In this document: positions 27,747-41,879 of the stretch, one piece after another
Layout of the letters: every line of letters begins with the position of its first letter
How positions within the stretch are numbered: the stretch's first letter is position 1
NCBI GenBank assembly: GCA_951406725.2
Contig: OX597821.1
Coordinates: forward strand, 65,410,001-65,474,000
Source of the DNA: Octopus vulgaris
Lineage: Eukaryota
Length of the DNA: 64,000 nt
Direction: 5' to 3'
The notes under the pieces: generated by a model
Seen by the model: the letters and a program-made list of their open reading frames with translations, nothing else
Databases searched by the model: none
Told to the model about the DNA's origin: nothing
Program-made: the position numbers and the translations under genes

Positions 27747-27829
27747 GTAAGCAAGCTACTTACCACACAGTCACTCATACGCCTAACTAAAATATTCTTT
27801 TCCAATTTTGGTATAAGTGCAATACTTTT

Positions 27830-28450
27830 TAGGGAGGATGGGGAAGTCGATTATATTGACCCCAGTAATCAACATGTACTTTATTTTATCGACACGAAAG
27901 CACGAAGCGCAAAATAGACCTCGTTGATATTAGAACTCTGAACGAAATGAGCTGGAAGAAACGTCGCAAAGCATTTTATCCGACGCGGTAATAAATCTGC
28001 CAGATCGCCGCCTTCCTCCAGGTCGAAATAGGTTTTCTAATTGTGTCGTAAGGACACCAATTGTAAGGGGAGGGAGTAAGTCGTTTTCATCGACCCCAGT
28101 ACTTGACTATTACTTATTCTGTCGTCCCCGATATTTGAACACAGGATATAATGAATAGGAAGAAATACCGCTATACATTGTTTCAATCGCCTTAACAATC
28201 CTGTCAGCTCACCAACTTCTTCCTGGCTTAGATACTAGTTTCAAATTTTGGCACAAAGCCAGCAATCTCGGAGAAAAAGTTAAGTAAATTTCATCGACGC
28301 CTATGCTCAACTGGTACTTCTTTATTGACCCCGAAAGCATGAAAGGTAAAGTCGACCTTTGTGGGATTTGAAATCACAATATAAAGACAGACTAATTGCT
28401 CCTAAGCATTTTGTCCAGCGTGACATCTCTTCAGCCTACCAGCTGCCTTC
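27830..28450 (-). mobile_element. Cluster of degenerate SINE family C copies
   Basis: Repeated gaccccagt...tttatcgac...gaaag...gtcgacc motifs. Confidence 0.6.
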
Positions 28451-29236
28451 TTTATGGCAAAGTATTAAAAGAGAAATTTATATCGAAATGGAAATCAAGA
28501 ACGTGACCGAACAAAGATATTTTGGCTGGGAATTTATCTACATCAAAGAAGTAACTTTAATTTCTAACATAGTTACAAAGGCATAGATTTACAGGGGAAG
28601 CCACAGACATTCACAACGGACCCATGTGTTATTTCATGGGTTTTTCTCTAATGTATTATAATCTATGCAATCTGGTAAGAATTGGACTCAAAACGTCGTA
28701 GGGCTTAGCTAAAAAAAGGGCTTAGCGAAATATCTTTTGAAATTCATCATAGTCACAACGCTAACCGTTTCCGATGGTAGGTGGAATGGATAATATCTAC
28801 TTTGTACTTTTCTTACCGCTTATTTAGGAGACAGGGGAGAGCTCATGACCCTTTCAAGTAACATCAGGATTGGTGGGAGGAAGGCATCTTTACTCCGAAG
28901 ATGCAGCCTGAGTGCTTACAACAGAATGGATTCCGCTAAAGGCAGTTAAACTACCAGCTGATGTATGTTAAACCTGGATTAGGTCAACATCACAAGTCGG
29001 CTACAACGGGATTTGAACTAAGGACACGAAGAGCCGGAATATGTTGAAGCGATACACGTTTTGTCGAGAGGAAGCCAAAGGAAACACTGGTGGAATTCGC
29101 CGGAAGCGCCTCTGATGCGAAAATCGAGCATCAGAATCAAATGTATGGGTGAAAGACTAATCAAATCGTGTAGCAGCTTCTTCCCTCCGATGTTTGTCTT
29201 ACGACAGCTGACGCCAGCGGCAGAACAACTCGTAGT

Positions 29237-29691
29237 ACTTATTTCTTTATTGCCCACAAGGGGCTAAGCACAGAGAGGACAACCAAGGACAGACAACGGG
29301 ATTAAGTCGATTACATCAACCCCAGTGCGTAACTGGTACTTATTTAATCGACCCTGATAGGATGAAAGGCAAAGTTGTCTCGGCGAAATTTGAACTCAGA
29401 ACGTAACGGCAGACGAAATACAGCTACGCATTTCGCCCGGCGCGCTAACGTTTCTGCCAGCTCATTTCTTATTTCCTTATCGCCCACAAGGGGCTAAACA
29501 TAGAGGGGACAAACAACGACAGACAACGGGATTAAGTCGATTACATCGAGCCCAGTGCGTAACTGGTACTTAATTTATCGACCCCGAAAGGATGAAAGGC
29601 AAAGTCGACCTCGGCTGAATTTGAACTCAGAACGTAACAGCAGACGAAATACCGCTAAGCATTTCGCCCGGCGTGCTAACGTTTCTGCCAG
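29237..29691 (-). mobile_element. Two tandem SINE family C copies
   Basis: Near-identical to the 7440-8038 units. Confidence 0.85.
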
Positions 29692-30931
29692 CATGATTCT
29701 GTCCAACTGAAAACCCTGGAGGCGAACAACTGAAGACTCCGAAGGCGTTGATGGACTCGATCCACTCTTGAAATCGGAACGTTCTAAGCGGGACACTCCT
29801 GTCCTGATCAGAGGCGATTGTATCACGGATAAAGTAAGAACGATATTTTATACCACAATGCATCAAATTCAACGTTTAAACGATCTAGCCCGTCCCACTG
29901 TCCAAGGCTGTTACTAGTTTTTCTACACCGGAATGACGAACGGCAAAGATGATCTAGGCAGAATTTGAACGTATTCCAGAAAAATGACCACGTAGTATGT
30001 TCACCGACGATCTAACCACTCTAAAAATTAACCACCTGTACTTAACCAATTAATATTTCATGAACACATAGACAGCGAATTGGTAGAACAGTTAGCATGT
30101 AGGGCAAAATGCTTAGCGACATTTCGCTCGGCTTAATGCTCTGAGTTAAAATTCCTTTCGGCGTCGGTAAAATAAGTACCAGCTTACGTATTGGGGTCGA
30201 TATAATTGACTTACCCCTCCTCTCCAATTGTTGGCCTTGTGCCAAAATTTGAGATAAATATTTCATGGAGACATAAAGGCGAAGACTTCACAGAACAATG
30301 TAAGCACAATGTAATGACATGCTTTATTTGTTACTGCTGTGTGTGATCTCAGATTTCTAACCACGCCGGAGTCAATTTGGCTTTTTTACTTTTCCAGGGT
30401 CATTAATGCACCAATCAAGTACTCAGATCGATTCTTCCTGCTTTCTTTCTCCATCGTTCTACATCTTGTTTCTTGGAGTCAACCATAAGCAGGTCAAAGA
30501 ATTGTGAGACAAGCTTATGCAGAAAAGACCTGGTTCTATCAGGAATTAGCAGAATCCAAAGCGTGTGCCAATGGACGAAACAGCAGTTCTTGACATCTTT
30601 ACGATTTGAACTCAGAATGACACGAAATAATATATTTAAGACCAAAATACCACAACGCAATTCCCATTCGCCGCCATCGCGTCTCTGCGGCGCCATCGCC
30701 TGCTCACGCAGCCAATCAATTGAAGTAGTAAAACTTCAGAACTTTCTCTTCATAAGCAAAATATTCCAGGTGCGTGACGTTATATAAATTCTTCGTGGTT
30801 CCAACATAAGATTCAGTGGGGCTAATAGAAAATCAAAGACACTATTGCTTACAACGTCCGAATATTCCCAGACGTGCGCGTACACACACACATATATATA
30901 TATACATATGTATATATATATAGATACATAC

Positions 30932-30972
<41 letters not shown>

Positions 30973-31022
30973 TAGATAGATACATACGTATATATATATA
31001 TATATATTTATAGATACATACG

Positions 31023-31054
<32 letters not shown>

Positions 31055-31153
31055 TACATACGTATATATATATATATAGACATACATTAACACACACACA
31101 CACATATATATGAATGTATCATATATATACATACATACATACATACATGCGTA

Positions 31154-31211
<58 letters not shown>

Positions 31212-31596
31212 GTGTTGATATGAAGTCTTTGAAAAGGTTTCCTACGGTAGAAGTGAAAACACATCAATTCTGCTAATTATATTAAGGAATTGATTAAAGT
31301 TTTTCACTGTCCTATCCATCAGCGTTTCTGTCCAGACTATTTGTATAACGGACATGAATTAGAATCGAAAGTTTTCATGTCAATAGCACGTGACATGTGT
31401 TTATATGTGCTTGTGAGCGATTATGACTTGTACACATATTAGTGTTCGATACAGTTGATTGTGCAAACATATGCGTATATTCGGTGTTTGTCTATACACA
31501 CACATACATATATCTATGTGTGCATGTATGTATGTATGTATGTATGTATGTATGTATGTATGTATGTATGTATGTATGTATCTATCTATCTATCTG

Positions 31597-31650
<54 letters not shown>

Positions 31651-31877
31651 TGTATGTATATATATTGTATGTATGTATGTATGTATGTATGTATGTATTT
31701 ACATATGCGGATGTATTTTCGTTGTATGTATTGTGTATATATACAACGAAAATATATCCGCATTGCCTGTGTACATATACATTGATTTATTTGTACATAC
31801 CAGTGCAACTATGTTTTGAAGTATACACACATATCTACCCAAAAATATACTCATACATGTGTGTGTGTGTGTATGTG

Positions 31878-31928
<51 letters not shown>

Positions 31929-32256
31929 TTCTAAACGTACGTTTAAACGTATGAGAATAAAGTGTGTTGTATAGCTGTTTCAGTCTCCAGTCTCTGATGT
32001 TAGACACGTTTCTTCGTTAAGTGGATGGTGTGTTTGTTCCTTGGCCTACACTTCCCAGAATACATACATACATATATACATACATACATACATACATGCA
32101 TACATTACATATATACGTGCATGCATGCATACATAAATGCATACATACATATATATATATATGCGTGATACATGTGTACGTCTATGTATTTATGTGTATG
32201 TATGTATTTATATATACACACACACACACACACACATATATATTTATACATACATG

Positions 32257-32298
<42 letters not shown>

Positions 32299-33062
32299 AA
32301 AAGAAGAGAAAAAACTGGGTAGAGAAAACATTTACCGGTTTATGGTCGCTTAAGATGACATGTCCGCGTTGGAATAAAATGGAAAGATATGTTGAAATGA
32401 ATTAAATTAAACTTTCATAACAATCAAATCTGGAAATTCATATACTTTTAAACATCGTATGGTGCGGTATCTCGTGTGCGTATTTCCGTTGGCTGAAACT
32501 TTGAAATTGCAATCACACCGCTTCTTGTTAAAATGCAATATGGCTGACATTAAGATAGTGAATATAAGTTGGTTGCATGTACCATCCTCTTTCTAGTTGT
32601 TTTAGGTGCTTGTATAATCACTAGCAGACATAGATACTCACTCGAAATTCACACTCTGAGTCAACAGGGTGAGGGATAGCAGCGCAAATTATGATGGTAC
32701 TCAGTTTAGGTGACTGTAGTATTGTGGAATAGGGTACCTTGCTCAAGGCTTATACCCGCCGACCGGTACACGTTCTTATTATCGTGACGTCATTATCCTA
32801 ACCACTTGTACAGGTGCCTTCACTAAATATGCGTCTATGCACGTGTGTGTGCGGTGCGCTTGTGTACGTGTGTGTATGTATGTGTCGGTGTTACACTCAC
32901 GATTGCAAAAACATGAGTGCAGTTCCTGGACCCGTGGGATTCCTTGTGTTCTTGAGCAAAACACTTCATCTAACGTTCTCTAGGATCTCTTTGACACCTG
33001 GTGTATGGTAAACCGTGCTAATTTGACGGCACATGCATTTGGTCATTATAAATAATACATTT

Positions 33063-33282
33063 GAAGGCCGCAAGCAAGCAGAATCGTTAGCACGCCGGGC
33101 GAAGTGCTTAGCGATATTTCGTCTGTCTTTACTTTCTGAGTTCAAATTCCGCCGAAGTCGACTTTGCATTTCATCCTTTCGGGGTTGGTAAATTAAGTAC
33201 CAGTTGCGAACTGGAGTCGATCTAATCGACTGACCCCTCCCGCAAAATTTCGGGCATTGTGCCTAGAATAAAAAAAATAAAT
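33063..33282 (+). mobile_element. SINE family C
   Basis: Head, B-box and Meta-like domain present. Confidence 0.8.
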
Positions 33283-33527
33283 GCGTCCTTTTAAAGCCTA
33301 GGCAGGCTCATGGGCCCGGGGAACACATATGACGTATGTGTTCCCCAGCTGGACGGGACGCCAGTCCATCGCATCGTTACTCATTTTTGCCAGCTGACTG
33401 GACTGGAGCAACGCGAAATGAAGTGTTTTGCTCAAGAATACAATGCGTCGCCCGGTCCAGGAATCGAAACCACAATCTTACGATCATGGTGCTGACACCC
33501 TAACCACTAAACCATGCGCCTCCACAC
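33283..33527 (-). mobile_element. tRNA-derived CORE-like SINE (family D) inserted in the tail of a family C copy
   Basis: Head ggaggcgcatggtttagtggttaggg; ttcttgagcaaaacactt core; flanking duplication tgtgcctagaata at 33258 and 33528. Confidence 0.7.
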
Positions 33528-33724
33528 TGTGCCTAGAATACAAAAGTATAAATAATACATTTGCTCATTATAAACAAATCATTTTGCTGGTTGTTCAGCC
33601 AGAAATTGCAGAACTCTCTTTATCGGACTACGTGAGAATACCATCCATCCCTGAAGGTACCTATGCACGCTGTTTTAGAGAATTGGTGTCCAATATTTAC
33701 CATGCTTTTAGCATATATTCTTAT

Positions 33725-34142
33725 ACATTTTTTACTTGTTTGTCATTTTTGCTGTGGCCATGCTGAAGCACCGCCTGAAAGGGTTTTAGTGGAAGAAATC
33801 AACCCCCAGGACTTATTCTTTGTAAGCTTAGTACTTATTCTATCGGTCGCTTGTGCCGAATCGCTAAATTACTGGGACGTAAACACACCAACATCGGCTG
33901 TCAAGAGATGGTGGTGGTGTGGGGGGAAGGGACACAGACACAAAGGCACACACACGTAAACATATCTACATATATATTTACGACAGGCTTCTTTCAGTTT
34001 TCCTCTACCAAATCCACTTACAAGGCTTTGGCCAGCCCGAGGCTGTAGCAGAAGACAGTTGCCCAAGGTGCCACGCAGTGGGACTGAACCCGGAAACATG
34101 GTTGGGAAGCAAGCTTCTTTTCACTCATCCACCCCTGCGCCT
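33725..34142 (-). mobile_element. SINE family B
   Basis: Matches the other family B copies. Confidence 0.8.
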
Positions 34143-36798
34143 AGCTTCTTACCACACAGTCAAATTATTTTAATAAAATAAACAACGAACATTCATATTC
34201 TTTACATCATTTAAATATGGATACGGTATTAATAAAAGGATACTTTATTTTCAGGATATCGTAATTGGTAGTGTCTCACGGAAATGGTTTGTGGAGTTTG
34301 CAATGGTTTTATAAAATGGTTTCAAATCCTGACGTATGTGATTTTGTTTTCATCTTATTGGGTGTCAATGAAATAATGAACAGCTGGTGAAAAAAAAAAG
34401 ATGCTTTCTTACTACAGGTGCAAGACCTGAAATTTTGTGGGTGGAGGTCAGACGGACCCGGTGCTCTGTACAGAAGTCCTGTAAAGGGTCGTGGCCAATG
34501 AATTCCCTCTTTGCTATAATATTCCTTTCTAATTTTGGAATAAGGGTAACCCTCTTTTGAGAAGAAGGCGAAGCCAATTATATTGTTCCCAGTGTTTCAG
34601 TAGTATTTTGTCTTTCCGACTCTGAAAGGGTGAAAAGCAAAATCGACCTCGGAAGCATTCGAACGCAGAATATAAGGTCGGAGGGAAATACCGTTAAACA
34701 TCTTAACCGGTGAGCTAACAACCATCGTGTCAGCTGGCGAAATAATAATCAATTCGATGGCTAAACAATGAACCTAGGTGAAGAAACCGGAGTAGTGTTG
34801 TACCAGAATCGCTAAAATACAGTACAAGATGACTTTGCACTATTTACGTCTCGTAAAGTTTTGTGTTTCATCTCAGCGGTGTCGACCTGACCTTTAATCC
34901 TTCCGTGGCTGTTGAAACGAAATACCAGTCTAGAACAAAGATCAATTAATGGAACTATGCTCTTTGTATCAGAAGCCTTTTGCTATTTTAGAAATCGTTA
35001 TTATTACAGCTGGCAGAGTGCAATTAGTTTTTGGTAGTTAGGGTAATCCGGGATCCGTGGGGTTCCCAATAATGACTCTATGGGACAATCAGCTAATTAG
35101 GACGCTCCATTTCCGTTCCTATTATATTGTTGTATTTCAACCCTGCTTTCTCATATGTGTGTGTGTGTGTGTGTACGTAAATGTCGAACAACGTGGCCGT
35201 TTTTCTAATTATTCTTCCTAATGTCTCCTCGTCTGTCGCTCACATAAAAACGTACCCTTCAACACTATCTCTCGTTGTCTTCAGTTCTGCGTGTCTTAAC
35301 CGTGTTACAGAGCGCAAATCTGTGCGCCTTAGATACGCGCTACATTTTGTTTTCGTCTTATTGTTTCTAATGCATTAAAATTACTCTACTTCAATGTTTG
35401 CAGTGTTTATCACTGAACTATTTTCTACATGTTGTGTATATCTCTATTTTCTCTTCATTGCGCGATGTGTTTATCAGCATCTCTTTTTCTGTCATTCCTA
35501 AGGCACGTGCTCTTATAAAGATTGCTGCTGTATTTTTATAAAGATCACTGCTGTTTTCACTCGCTACGTCTTCGCTTGCACTATTTCCACATCTTCATAT
35601 TTTTGTTAATTTCTTTATTTCATTTAAAGATACCTTATCATCCAACAGAACTTTATTCGGATTAGGATGTACTTCCTTTCTTGATAGTCTTTGGTAAGTG
35701 TATCCGGCCAATCTGCCTTTTCTTCATATGTGGGTGGATTTGCATAACAAAAGATATTCTCGCTTTGGCATTTTCTGGGATATTTTCTGGTAAAATTGCA
35801 TACAACCACTTTTCTGTTGGTATTTCATATTAATGACAGAATTTTCAGACATTAAAAACTTCAAATGTGCCTTGTATGCAGCTATATTTTTCTCGTAGCT
35901 AAGCATCTTTTAACTTGCTAGCCTATCGTAAGGAGCAGTATTCAGGGCTTTCATAAACCCTCTGAAACCAATGAAATTAATACTGTTAACGTTTCTCTTC
36001 AACCATACTTCCACACAGTGTTCGTCAGTCATATTCGCCCACAGGTCGTTGGTCGGCGTGGGGAAATAAGTGGAAAACACTTGCTCAAGATGCCATGTTT
36101 CAGGGACTGAAACCCGAAACCGCGCAGTTATAAAGCGAGCTCCTTAATCACAGAGCCATTCCTGTGCCTAAAAGCGAAGTTATAGTTTACCCGTGAGACT
36201 ACGTGAGACAATCATTGCTTGTTGATACATGTGAGAAAGATGTATCTAAGGCGAAGGCTCTGTAGAGTCAATAACTCGAAAGCAGGGACTTGGCGTAAAA
36301 GTTTAGACAGATTCTTGGAGTAGAACAGAAGAAGGGCGATGAGTCGTCGTTCTGCACGAGAATATGTGGCATGAGTCAAACCACGTTTGTGTCATTAAAT
36401 GTTTTCTCCCAATCATGGTCGCAGTCTAATCAGTGAAACAAGTAAAAGATAAAAGATATTCTGCAAATTCTAAATGCTTTCTGCTACATTACATCTAGTT
36501 GATAATTTCTGGCTGGAAATGGCATTCTAAAGCTTTTTCTCCCTCAGCTGGTTGAGTCACTAACAGAGAGAGAGCCTCCTTCTAAAAGGTTAGTTTTCTT
36601 TCGATTCTCCTAAAAAATTAGTTTTTATAATTTTCTCTTTCGTCTGTAGCTCCATGATTGTTTGATCTATACTGAAAACTGTTCAAAGTTTCATCCTATT
36701 ATGATTTATATTTTAATTATTGCTAAAGCTTCCAGGACCTACGTGCAGCAAACATTCTGGTAGTCAATCGATTCCATTCTCTGGCATTCTTCTGCAAT

Positions 36799-37189
36799 GG
36801 ATGGAAGCACTCCGTCGGTTACGACGATGAGGGTTCCGGTTGATCCGAATCAACGGAACAGCCTGCTCGTGAAATTAACGTGTAAGTGGCTGAGCACTCC
36901 ACAGACACGTGTACCCTTAACGTAGTTCTCGGGGATATTCAGCGTGACACAGAGCGTGATAAGGCCGGCCCTTTGAAATACAGGCACAACAGAAACAGGA
37001 AGTAAGAGTGATAGAAAGTTGTGGTGAAAGAGTACAGCAGGGATCACCACCATCCCCTGCCGGAGCCTCGTGGAGCTTTTAGGTGTTTTCGCTCAATAAA
37101 CACTCACAATGCCCGGTCTGGGAATCGAAACCGCGATCCTATGACCGCGAGTCCGCTGCCCTAACCACTGGGCCATTGCGCCTCCACAA
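36799..37189 (-). mobile_element. Full-length tRNA(Arg)-derived SINE family A with TSD
   Basis: Reverse complement of the 16563 copy; TSD cttctgcaat at 36789 and 37190. Confidence 0.9.
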
Positions 37190-37590
37190 CTTCTGCAATA
37201 TTATTACAATTAAACAAGTATTTGCCTAGGGTTACTTCTTGTAGTGATATGACTGACCTCTCATTATTGTCTGCTCTGTCTATGTCATTTTAATCATTAC
37301 ATCGTTGTCAATACTCCTCAAAAATTACTGTTAATCCATCATTGATTTATATTTCATCTTTACATAGTTCTTAATAAAATCAGTTTGGGGTGGAATCCAG
37401 CTGATCTTTTTCTTTCTTCAAAGAATCTGTTACCTTTCATAAAAGCTAATTCAGCAAGGATCCTTGTCTTGGATATACTTTGATTTCTTACCCTTTCTTT
37501 CTATGTTGGTTTCCAAATTGTTTCCCTCGGTTTTGGTATTCCTATATATCTGAGTGAGCACATGATTTCCTTCGAAACATATTGTGATTA

Positions 37591-38209
37591 TAGTAAAGAT
37601 TGTTTGCCAACAAAACATGGCAGTTCTGGTTTAGGACTAATGTTACTGTAAATTATCTCCAGGAGACATCGTATCCAGCTGGCTATATGACACGATCTGT
37701 GCCCTAATAATTTCGAACAAGGGAATCTAGCACCCCAACTCAGCTCAAAACAATACCTGTGTATCTAAATTACAGCAACATTAGTCCTAAACCAAGACTT
37801 TACTACAAAGTACTGTTTAATTTCACGTTGTGAGATCTAAAAAAATAGTAATTTTCTAATATATAAATCAGTGACTAGTTCTCACTTTGAAAACTATATA
37901 TTTCGAACGGGAATTTGGCAGCGCCATCTCTAACTGAACAATTATTCTGTGCTGATGAAGAGAAATAACTAAGAAATCGCGATACACAGATATTGTTTTG
38001 AGCGGAGTGGAGGGTGCTAGATTCCCTTGTTCGAAAATATAAGGACACAGATCGTGTCGTATGGCCAGCTGGAGACGATGTTTCCTGGAGCTAAATTACA
38101 GTAACATTAGTCCTAAACCAAGACTGCCATGTTATGTTGGCAAACAATCTTCACTACAAAGTACTGCTTAATCTCACGTTGTGAGATTTTAAAAAATAGT
38201 AATTTTCTA
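37591..38209 (+). mobile_element. Non-coding hammerhead-bearing element (~330-350-bp unit, 5' inverted arm, 12-bp TSD)
   Basis: TSD atattgtgatta at 37579-37590 and 38210-38221; 37591-37765 is the inverted copy of 37981-38156; 37766-37862 is repeated at 38092-38212. Confidence 0.85.
37946..37990 (+). ncRNA. Minimal type-I hammerhead ribozyme
   Basis: TCTGTG-CTGATGA-agag(aaataa)ctaa-GAAA-TCGCGA-TA-CACAGA: 6-bp stem I, canonical core, palindromic stem III; stem II decayed to 2 bp in this copy. Confidence 0.8.
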
Positions 38210-38387
38210 ATATTGTGATTACTACATACATTATTTAGTTTAACCGGGTGGTATTGATCATCGTGTGTTTCTTACCATATCTATGATGTCCAATTTTGTG
38301 TTTTAATTGCTGTCAGTATTTTCTCGCTCACCACTATATTTCGGAAGCACATTCTTTGGTCTTTAGGAAGCGCTTATTTTTATATAG

Positions 38388-38815
38388 ACGCAGGCGTAAC
38401 TGTGTTATATGAGTTTGCTTCCCAACCACATGGTTCCGGGTTCAGTCCCACAGCAGAGCATCTTTTGCAACGATCTTCTGATATAGACCCAGGCTGACCA
38501 AAGTCTTGTGAGTGTATTTGGTAGAGGGAAATTGAAAGAAGCCCGTCGTATAAAAATGTGTGTGTATGTGTGTGTGTGCGAGCAATTGTATGTGTGTATC
38601 TATATGCTTGTGTGTGCCTTTGTGTTTATCTTTGTCCCTCACTGCCACTTGATAATTTGTACTGGTTTGTTTACGTTTTTATTTTTAGTAGCTTAGCAAA
38701 AGGTACTGACAGAATAAGCATTAGGCTTTAAAAGATAAATCACTGGGATCGATTTGTTACATTAAAACATTTCAATCTGATGCCCCAGCGTAGTCGCAGT
38801 CAATGTCTAAAACAT
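38388..38815 (+). mobile_element. Diverged SINE family B
   Basis: Head, body and tail recognisable. Confidence 0.7.
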
Positions 38816-40981
38816 TTTGATAACCATGATTCACCTCACCATATTTACAGCTTACATTCTAAAAACCTTCTTTATATTACTGTATTATATTATTCTGTGA
38901 GTTATTCTGGTTCAGGAACAAAAGAAAATAATAATAACAACATACAACGAAAATTATATATTAAATAATGCACCAAAACAATAAACTGCTATTTGTTGCA
39001 AACGTGGATATGTTCTATCTTCCTAGTCTACTGTTTCACTGTTTACTTGTATTTTCGTTTTACGCTTTTTGCATCAAAATGAGCGACTCTTAAGAAAGGA
39101 TTCTGTGACGATATGTCAATAAAATTGCTCTATTACTACTGGCAATACAATGAAGCTATAATCAGCTTAGAACTCTCACAAAAACTCTGGCGTATATGAC
39201 AAACATTATTTTCAATATAAAAGAACAAAAATCAACCTTTCCTAAAATTGCTGTCGACATTGTTTGTTATCTATCAGCCCTGGACAAAGTCATACCATCC
39301 ATGGTATTCTCGTTTATCGTGGTCTACATATAACTACATTAACCAATGGGTTCTTTCCTTCACTGGGATAGTAGTATATGATCTGAAGTAAATTTGGCTG
39401 CTGTTTCTAGATAGTAGAATGATTATTTAGAGGCGCCACCATTTGCTCATATGATTCAATATTTGAAGTATATAATAGAAATATGGATGCGACCATGGAA
39501 CATAGATCATCTGCAGAGAACTTTTCCTTCACAAAAAGAATCTAAACTTCATATTACATTTTGGAATGACACTCTTTACTTCATAATTATATTACGAGAA
39601 AAGAGGACTTTTTCATCTTAAAGTACAGTATCACAAGTAATCTCAACATCCTGACTCGCCCACAGCCGCTACATTGCTTTCAAACAGTAAGTATATTCAG
39701 TCAAATTTTACAGTTTGATTATTAGTTTATAATAAATGTAAGGTACAAGAGTAGAGAAACACATTTCTCTGCTATTCGTAGACTTCAACTACTATTTAAC
39801 CTGACAATACGCTAAACCTTCTCCATTAAAATAGATAATTTGGTTGTTGAAGAGAGCAGTAAATTTAGATATACTGCCCGCAGCAAATGATGTCGCTTTA
39901 TAGGAATCTTCTCGGTTATTTAGACTGTTTGCTGTAAAAGAGAATTTTTTTCCAGAACATAACTCATTCACATAAAATCGATGTAAACTCCAAAACCCTG
40001 CTCCTATGGAAATTCCTCCTTTTCTGAACTCCTCTCTCGCTGGTCTATTAACCCTTGTAGAATTATCATAGACTTCGTCAAATCTTTTTCCTTCAGTTAT
40101 GAACCTATAATTGGTAGGATATAATAGTGCAAAAGTAGAATAAGTCAGTTTGAAGTGACGAAAAGGAAAACTCTAAGATCTCAGATAAAAATCTTTGTAT
40201 GAGAGAGATATGTTTTCTGAATGTAGACAACTGGCACTTAAAGACATTAAGAACCATCATAAAAATGCTTCTTCGGCGAATATTTCTGTTCCCAGCATTA
40301 GATTTTTCCTTCTTCTGATAGAAAAACAATATACCCCACTTCTTAATGGTTTATTCTGTGTCAGTTGAAGACATAGACCATTACTGTTGTCCTCAGATCT
40401 TACAGCTTATACTCCGTAAGCTAGTTAGACTTCAAAGTCACTTAGTTTCATATATCTAGAATAGCACGCAAAGGTATAGGCAGTAATATTCTCCTTTGGA
40501 ATTGGTAATAAGCACATCAACATATTCGGTTACTGGGTCAATATTTATGTTTGCAACCTAGACTTGGACACTTACCAAAATTTAATATGAAAAATAAAAT
40601 ATATGAATAAATCTTTACACCAACTTCACAAAAATAAATAAAAGAAATGAAAAAAAAAAATCATTTCATATATGAAAAAACAATTCGATTTCAAAATCAA
40701 TCATACTTCTAATTATGCATTAATTAGTATCGCAGAAATCATTATCGCAGAACTGGTTGTAATACACTACAAGTGAAATATTTATTGATTTGCAGAAATC
40801 ATTTGACACGTTAGAACGATTTCATGGATACGTAAACTGCTCATAAAATATTAACCCTTAATGACAAACAGTTATTAAATATGTCCGTACATATATCATA
40901 GACGTATCCCAAACAATTGATAATATGAGCCTCTTTCTATAACATTTCATAAATCCTTTTTCGAACTTACGCTGCAGAGTA

Positions 40982-41529
40982 TCGGTTGTCCGGAAAGTTC
41001 GTATCGATTTATAGTAGCTTACCTTTCGATTTATTTTAGAACATGTTTGAGTCCATAAAATAGGATTTGACTACACCTCCATTTAGAGCACAGTTTAAGC
41101 TATCTTTTCGTGGAAGAAGGTTTATGTTCCTATAAATTGTGTTAATTCTGTAACCCTTTAAAATGGAAGATAAGTTCATTTTCAGCACTTGATGCTTTTC
41201 TTTTTCCAATCAACCAACGAAATATGCGCAATTTACGGTGATGTTTCTTTATCGGAAAGAACTGTACGGAAGTGGTTCGCAAGGTTCCGTGCTGGAGATT
41301 GTAGCCTTATGGATAAAGAGCGATCAGGTAGATCATTCACTACAGATGATGACCAAATCAAGTCATTAATTGAGAATAACCCACATTGGACAACCCGAGA
41401 ATTGGCAGAAAGCCTCAACGTATTAAAATCTGTCGTTCATGAGCACCTGGTAAAGCTTGGGTAATGGCAAATATTTATTGACCTTTTTGTTTCCTTTAAA
41501 AATCGGCACGAACTTTCCGGACAGCCCAA
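40982..41529 (+). mobile_element. Internally deleted mariner (Tc1/mariner) DNA transposon
   Basis: TIRs tcggttgtccggaaagttcgtatcgattt / aaatcggcacgaactttccggacagcccaa with TA flanks; HTH remnant EICAIYGDVSLSERTVRKWFARFRAGDCSLMDKERSGR...TTRELAESLNV; no DDD domain. Confidence 0.92.
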
Positions 41530-41879
41530 TATATCAAATACGTATTTATAAGGAATTGTTTTATCGCGAGAAGAATTAAAAGGTGCAAAAAAGATTCTTA
41601 CTAAACCTGGAATCTTGAAATCCATTCAGGAACATATCAGCCTAACGACTGTGATATATAAACCGCCCCCACCCCCCAAAAAGTAGGAAAATATACTAGG
41701 CACAACAGCAGATTGAAAAGAACATCAGACTAATATAAATGAAGAACTGGTCCTCATCCTAAACAACGAAAAAAGGAGAGAGACAAGACCAGCAATAATG
41801 CTGACACCATCGCCATAACAGCAACAACATTACCACGAGAACTTTGGGAAACCATAATGGACGCATATCACTCGACTTC

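Larger units (their letters stand above)
25355..27785 (-). mobile_element. SINE family B copy split in its tRNA-like head by a 2-kb insertion
   Basis: Body at 25355-25736; remaining head at 27747-27785. Confidence 0.8.

Noticed and set aside
36255-36295. ctctgta-gagt(caata)actc-gaaa as a hammerhead
   Set aside because: The 5' core is incomplete and I found no stem I partner
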